In this document: in pieces, positions 59,255-64,000 of the stretch | Position numbering within the stretch: the first letter of the stretch is position 1 | How the letters are laid out: each line of letters begins with the position of its first letter | Assembly (NCBI GenBank): GCA_965223865.1 | Contig: OZ245020.1 | Location: 1 to 64,000, forward strand | Source of the DNA: Nitrosarchaeum sp. | GTDB taxonomy: Archaea > Thermoproteota > Nitrososphaeria > Nitrososphaerales > Nitrosopumilaceae | DNA length: 64,000 nucleotides | Reading direction: 5' to 3' | Program-made: the position numbers and the translations under genes | The notes under the pieces: model-generated | Databases searched by the model: none | The model's input: only the letters and a program-made list of their open reading frames with translations | Told to the model about the DNA's origin: nothing

Positions 59255-59374
59255 AATGCCAGCACTGTTGCTTCCCAAGAGCTCTCGCATCTTAGTAGCA
59301 CAACAGCGACGTTAGGTTTGACTTCCAAGTTCGGAAAGGGATTGGGTCGCACCCTAACGCTATGGCCGGCTTGA
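59255..59374 (-). rRNA. rrf: 5S rRNA (unlinked from 16S/23S)
   Basis: Reverse complement GCCGGCCATAGC...CCC.TTCCGAAC..GGAAGTCAA...GCTGGC, ~120 nt with paired ends; ends approximate. Confidence 0.93.
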
Positions 59375-59465
59375 AATGTTTTATTAGATTCTTATCTATT
59401 AACCTAACGCCAGAGTTTAGATTAGTTCAAAAGAGGTATAAAGCAAGGAGTAATCGAAATACGAC

Positions 59466-61253
59466 ATGACACACAGGGTTGCAGTACTAGACAAAGAGCT
59501 TTGTCAACCCAAAAAATGTGGCTTAGAATGCATAAAATACTGTCCAGTAAACAAATCTGGCGCAGATTGCATCGTACTTAATGAGGAGACAAAAAAGGCC
59601 CAAATTGATGAAGATATTTGTAATGGTTGTGGAATATGTGTCAAGGTTTGCCCGTTTGAGGCAATTACTATTGTTAATTTAGCTAGTGAAATAGCTACTG
59701 ATAAGATACATCAGTATGGTCCTAACTCATTTAGACTTTACAAATTACCCACTCCTAAAAAAGGAGAGGTGGTAGGACTCCTCGGTAGAAATGGAATGGG
59801 AAAAAGTACAGTTGTAAATATTCTATCAGGAAATCTCAAACCAAATCTTGGAAATTATGAAAACCCACCGGAATGGGATGAAATTCTAAAGTATTACAGT
59901 GGAACAGAACTAAAATTACATTTTGAAAAGATTAAGCAAGATCAAATACGTGCTTCAATTAAACCACAACAAGTGTATCAAATTGCACAGGCATTTAATG
60001 GAACAGGAAAAGAATTGATTGAAAAATATGATGAAAGAGGAATATCAAGTCAACTAATCAAAGAATTAGGTTTACAAAATTCAGTTGATCAAAGTCTAAA
60101 AGAGCTAAGCGGTGGAGAATTACAAAGAATAGCAGTTGCAGTAGCAGCATCAAAAGATACCGAATTTTATTTTTTTGATGAACCCTCTTCATATAATGAT
60201 GTTTTTCAACGGACAGGAGTTGCCAGAGTAATTCAAGGATTAGCCAAAATTGGAAAAAGTGTAATGGTAGTCGAACATGACCTCACCTTACTAGATTTTC
60301 TAAGTGATTATATAGAAGTATTATACGGAGAACCAGCTGCTTATGGGATTGTTTCAAATATTTTATCAACCAAAGTTGGAATCAATGTATTTCTTGATGG
60401 GTATCTTCCAAATGAAAATGTGAGATTTAGAGACAAAAAGTTCTCATTTGATGTTTCATCGTCTTCTACAGATCAATTTCAAGAAGGTAGTGAGGTTATT
60501 GCATATCCAAGATTGGAGAAAAACTATCCATCATTTTCTGTAACAATCGAACCTGGTTTAGTAAGAAAAGGCGAAATTTTAGGAATTATGGGTGCAAATG
60601 CACTTGGTAAAACTACTATGATGAAAATTATTGCAGGAGTAGAAAAACCAGATTCTGGTACAGTGGATAAGAAAATAAAAATTGCATACAAGCCGCAGTA
60701 TCTTCAAAACGATTTGGATTTAGAAGTTGTGGTATTACTTAACAAAGCAAATGGAGGTCCGGTAGAAGGAAGTCAAGAAGAAGAGCAAATCTTGGATCCA
60801 TTAAAAATTAAAAAGTTGTACAGCAAATCTGTCAAAAATCTTTCTGGAGGAGAACTTCAAAAAGTTGCAGTAGCATCGTGTCTCTTGCAGAAAGTAGATC
60901 TATATGCATTAGATGAACCATCTGCCTTCTTAGATGTAGAAGATAGAATTGCAATAGCAAAATTTCTACAGAAATTTGTTAGATCATTTGGAAAATCAGC
61001 AATAATTATTGATCATGATTTGCAATTAATGGATCTGATTTCTGATTCAATAGTAATTTTTGAAGGAGAATCTGGAAAAACGGGTCATGCCACTTCTCCA
61101 ATGAACAAAGGAGATGCTATGAATAGATTTCTCAAATCACTTGATATGTCATTTAGGAGAGATGAAAAGAGTCTCAGACCACGAGTAAATAAGTTAGAAA
61201 GTAGATTAGATAAAGAACAAAAGAGTTCTGGAAATTTCTATTACAAGAATTGA
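59466..61253 (+). CDS. ABCE1/RLI ribosome recycling ATPase
   Basis: N-terminal Fe-S CPxxC / CxGCGxCxxxCP; two ABC domains (GxNGxGKS/T, LSGGELQ); FRRD...RPRVNK. Confidence 0.97.
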   Translation: MTHRVAVLDKELCQPKKCGLECIKYCPVNKSGADCIVLNEETKKAQIDEDICNGCGICVKVCPFEAITIVNLASEIATDKIHQYGPNSFRLYKLPTPKKGEVVGLLGRNGMGKSTVVNILSGNLKPNLGNYENPPEWDEILKYYSGTELKLHFEKIKQDQIRASIKPQQVYQIAQAFNGTGKELIEKYDERGISSQLIKELGLQNSVDQSLKELSGGELQRIAVAVAASKDTEFYFFDEPSSYNDVFQRTGVARVIQGLAKIGKSVMVVEHDLTLLDFLSDYIEVLYGEPAAYGIVSNILSTKVGINVFLDGYLPNENVRFRDKKFSFDVSSSSTDQFQEGSEVIAYPRLEKNYPSFSVTIEPGLVRKGEILGIMGANALGKTTMMKIIAGVEKPDSGTVDKKIKIAYKPQYLQNDLDLEVVVLLNKANGGPVEGSQEEEQILDPLKIKKLYSKSVKNLSGGELQKVAVASCLLQKVDLYALDEPSAFLDVEDRIAIAKFLQKFVRSFGKSAIIIDHDLQLMDLISDSIVIFEGESGKTGHATSPMNKGDAMNRFLKSLDMSFRRDEKSLRPRVNKLESRLDKEQKSSGNFYYKN

Positions 61254-62086
61254 CTCGAATGTTAAAAAAGTCATTGGAAAGCATTCTCTCATCAAAGGAA
61301 AGTGAGGAATTAATTTCTGCCTTTGATCAGATTGGAGATATAATTATTGTTAGAATCCCTGATTCATTATTACCAAAGAAAAAACTCATTGGAGAAACAC
61401 TCCTAAAAGAAGTAAAAATAGCAAAGAGTGTGTTTTATCAGGCATCTGCCGTAGAAGGGAATTTTCGTACAAGAAATTTAGAGATTCTAGCAGGAGAAGA
61501 TAATACAGAAACTGAATACAAAGAATTTGGTTGTAAATTTAGAGTAGATGTGAAAAACGCCTTTTTTTCTCCAAGATTATCTACAGAAAGAGAAAGAATT
61601 GCAAACTTGGTGAAGGATGGAGAGATAGTGGTTAATATGTTTGCAGGAGTTGGAATGTTTTCCATAATGGCTGCAAAGAAAAAAAAATGTACAGTTTACA
61701 GTATTGATATCAATCCCATTGCATCAAAACTTTGTGAAAAAAACATATCATCTAACAAGTTGCAAGGAAAAGTTATTTCAATAAATGGAGATGCTTCAGA
61801 TATAATAAAAGAACGATTAGAAAATCAATCAGACAGGACACTGATGTTACTTCCTGAAAGATCCGATGAATTTTTGCAATATGCAATTAATACTACAAAA
61901 GATGGTGGAATAATTCATTATTATTCTCATGTTCATGCAGACAAAAAATCTGAATCAGGAAAACTCTCAGAAAAACATTATTTGAAAATGACGCCTGTAA
62001 AGTCTGAGGTGTTAGGATCTAAAATCGTAAGACCTGTGGGACCACGATATTATCAAACAGTTGTAGATGTAAAGATAACAAAGTAA
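61250..62086 (+). CDS. Trm5/Taw2-family tRNA SAM-dependent transferase
   Basis: DQIGDI, FFSPRL..ER, MFAGVG, DINP. Confidence 0.85.
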   Translation: MTRMLKKSLESILSSKESEELISAFDQIGDIIIVRIPDSLLPKKKLIGETLLKEVKIAKSVFYQASAVEGNFRTRNLEILAGEDNTETEYKEFGCKFRVDVKNAFFSPRLSTERERIANLVKDGEIVVNMFAGVGMFSIMAAKKKKCTVYSIDINPIASKLCEKNISSNKLQGKVISINGDASDIIKERLENQSDRTLMLLPERSDEFLQYAINTTKDGGIIHYYSHVHADKKSESGKLSEKHYLKMTPVKSEVLGSKIVRPVGPRYYQTVVDVKITK

Positions 62087-62087
62087 A

Positions 62088-62306
62088 TCAGTCATCGGAA
62101 GAAATTGAGGCAGGAGATGGTTTTGTTGTTGCCATTACATATCCTATCCACGCAATAACACCTAATATTCCCCCAGTAATCATCAAAATCGATAGCTGTA
62201 AAACAATTGGGCTCCATTCTGATAACATTAACAAGTATGCATAAAGGAAGAATCCACCAATACAAAGAACAAAAATGGTAATGCCCATTCCTTTACGCTT
62301 GTCCAT
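62088..62306 (-). CDS. small two-TM membrane protein
   Basis: Two hydrophobic helices; WIGYVMATT motif. Confidence 0.7.
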   Translation of the reverse strand: MDKRKGMGITIFVLCIGGFFLYAYLLMLSEWSPIVLQLSILMITGGILGVIAWIGYVMATTKPSPASISSDD

Positions 62307-62344
62307 GGCGGGAAGGTTTTTCGTGAGTTATTTATTAGTTTGAA

Positions 62345-62842
62345 CTAATTCAATTCTATTGCCATCAAATATGCATCCTCGCCATCACGATAGTATGCAT
62401 TAAGTTGTTGTCTTATTACAAAACCAAGTTTTTCATATAATCTTACAGCATCGATATTTGAGCAGCGAACTTCCAAGTAGAACTCATCACATTTCTTTAT
62501 TCTGACTCCATTAATTGATTCTTCAACAAGTGCTTTTCCAATTCCTTTTTTTCTATATTCATCAAGAACTGCGACTGAAACTACATGGCCTTTTTTTACA
62601 AAACCTAATTTTTTAAAATTTGAAAATCCATATTCGGTTTTGCACATAATATAGCCAACATGCTTTCCTCCAATTTCTGCAACAAGAAATGCTTCTGGGA
62701 TTTCTGCAAGTAGACTTTCATAGAAATAATCAGAGTAGTGTTCAGGAAGTGTTTTCAAATTTATCTCCATGACTGAAATAAGATCGCTCGGTTCCGCTCT
62801 GCGAAGGACACAATCACCAAGCTGTCTCAAAATCACTTGCAT
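62345..62842 (-). CDS. protein N-alpha-acetyltransferase (Ard1/RimI type)
   Basis: LPEHY, YRKKGIG, LEVR.SN..A..LY, YY.DGEDA. Confidence 0.92.
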   Translation of the reverse strand: MQVILRQLGDCVLRRAEPSDLISVMEINLKTLPEHYSDYFYESLLAEIPEAFLVAEIGGKHVGYIMCKTEYGFSNFKKLGFVKKGHVVSVAVLDEYRKKGIGKALVEESINGVRIKKCDEFYLEVRCSNIDAVRLYEKLGFVIRQQLNAYYRDGEDAYLMAIELN

Positions 62843-62881
62843 GGATAGTATAGACTCATCTCAATATTTAATTTTTAGATC

Positions 62882-63262
62882 CTAAGAAAATGGAGTATCA
62901 GGAAAATATTTGTCCCTCCATTTCATTAATTGATTAAAAATTTCAAGATAGTTTTCAGATTTTGTTGTAACGTGGACATGTGCATCAAATTCTTCACAAT
63001 GACCTTCAAAAATCATAGTACTCTGTCTCTTAAATTGTGGAATAGTAAGTCCAACTTTTTTTATTGAATCAAATACATAATTATCTATTTTTACGGTTTT
63101 GTTTTTAACTGTAATCTCCTTTTTTTCTTTGTTTTTGTTGACATCATCTTCAATCTTTTCTTTTCTAGATAAACTCCATTTTGGAGTTTCAGGAGGCCAA
63201 TGATGAATGTATACTTTTTCTGCAAAAAAATTTATTTGATCAAAGGGAAGTTCCTCAGACAA
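62882..63262 (-). CDS. conserved hypothetical protein
   Basis: 126-aa ORF. Confidence 0.65.
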   Translation of the reverse strand: MSEELPFDQINFFAEKVYIHHWPPETPKWSLSRKEKIEDDVNKNKEKKEITVKNKTVKIDNYVFDSIKKVGLTIPQFKRQSTMIFEGHCEEFDAHVHVTTKSENYLEIFNQLMKWRDKYFPDTPFS

Positions 63263-63500
63263 TAACCATTAGGTATCACCTTAACTTAAGAGTGTTAAAG
63301 AAAAACCATAAAATTCAAATTATTTTCAATTGTTGTTTTATTTAGCTGCTTAACTCTATTAGCAAATTTACTTTTTGAGAGATATTGTTTATTCATTTAA
63401 GATTGTATGGTTCCTTTTTATCTGGTTTTATTGGACATTAATCCTGAAATATAAAATCAACCACAAAACCATTTAATGGAAACAACAGGGTTAAATTAGA

Positions 63501-64000
63501 ATGAGTGATCCCTATCAAGAAGAAGTTATTTCTCTGGTAAATTCGTTGTTTGAGGTTACTCAATTCAACAAAGGTTTGTATTCTTTAGAATTTCGAATTG
63601 AAGATTTGGATTTTAAAGGAAAATTTGAACATCTCGCTCGTGAGTTAGAATCAATGAATTATGTTTGCAAGCTTGAATTATTGAATAATGAAAAATATCT
63701 TATTATTCAGAGATTTGCTCCAAAAAAACAAAGAAAATGGCTAAGTACTGCATGGACACCAAGAATTCTCTTTGGAATAGTAATTACATTTGTAATGATT
63801 GATGGATATTACAGAACAGCAGGCACCAATTCCATCATCAATATTGGGGATCCATTAGAGATGGCAGGAATCTATACTCTATCTTTATTGGGTATTTTAG
63901 GAATTCATGAGCTTGGTCATATTATTGCAGCAAGAATTCACAGATTAAAAACCACATGGCCATATTTTATTCCAGGTTTACCAGTAATTGGGATTCCCAC
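63501..64000 (+). CDS. site-2 protease (M50) family metalloprotease, 3'-partial
   Basis: Open frame from ATG 63501 to the window end; TM segments, HELGH Zn motif and PYFIP. Confidence 0.88.
   Translation, partial: MSDPYQEEVISLVNSLFEVTQFNKGLYSLEFRIEDLDFKGKFEHLARELESMNYVCKLELLNNEKYLIIQRFAPKKQRKWLSTAWTPRILFGIVITFVMIDGYYRTAGTNSIINIGDPLEMAGIYTLSLLGILGIHELGHIIAARIHRLKTTWPYFIPGLPVIGIP

Noticed and set aside
59255-59374. 5S rRNA separated from 16S/23S
   Set aside because: Normal arrangement in TACK archaea.

Overview
AT-rich archaeal chromosomal segment, very likely a Nitrosopumilus-type ammonia-oxidising archaeon (Nitrososphaerota/Thaumarchaeota). Evidence for this: unsplit RpoA, PEFG-CTERM and CFI-box-CTERM surface proteins, a transketolase-RPE fusion, type-1 IDI and an unlinked 5S rRNA. 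Most of the window is core genome: the rpoH-rpoB-rpoA-Lsm-L30e-nusA-S12-S7 cluster, S13-S4, the rpoN-eno-S2-MEMO1-mvk-ipk-idi-GGPPS-gltX superoperon, a pentose phosphate operon, ABCE1, three tRNAs (Gln-CTG with two introns, Leu-GAG, His-GTG) and 5S rRNA. Most notable observations: (1) a tandem array of four PEFG-CTERM surface-protein genes, three ending in an identical 107-bp DNA block while their bodies are divergent; (2) a complete nickel-pincer nucleotide biosynthesis set (larB, larC, Fe-S-type larE, cysteine desulfurase) wrapped around mdh and next to a GDGT-ring-synthase-like radical SAM gene, with no larA in the window; (3) two genes resembling the N- and C-terminal parts of the Nitrosopumilus S-layer protein; (4) a frameshifted ipk and a decayed ZIP transporter; (5) several microprotein ORFs missed by the supplied ORF track. 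No CRISPR array, transposase, integrase or prophage was recognised. All family assignments come from motif recognition by eye or memory, not database searches.
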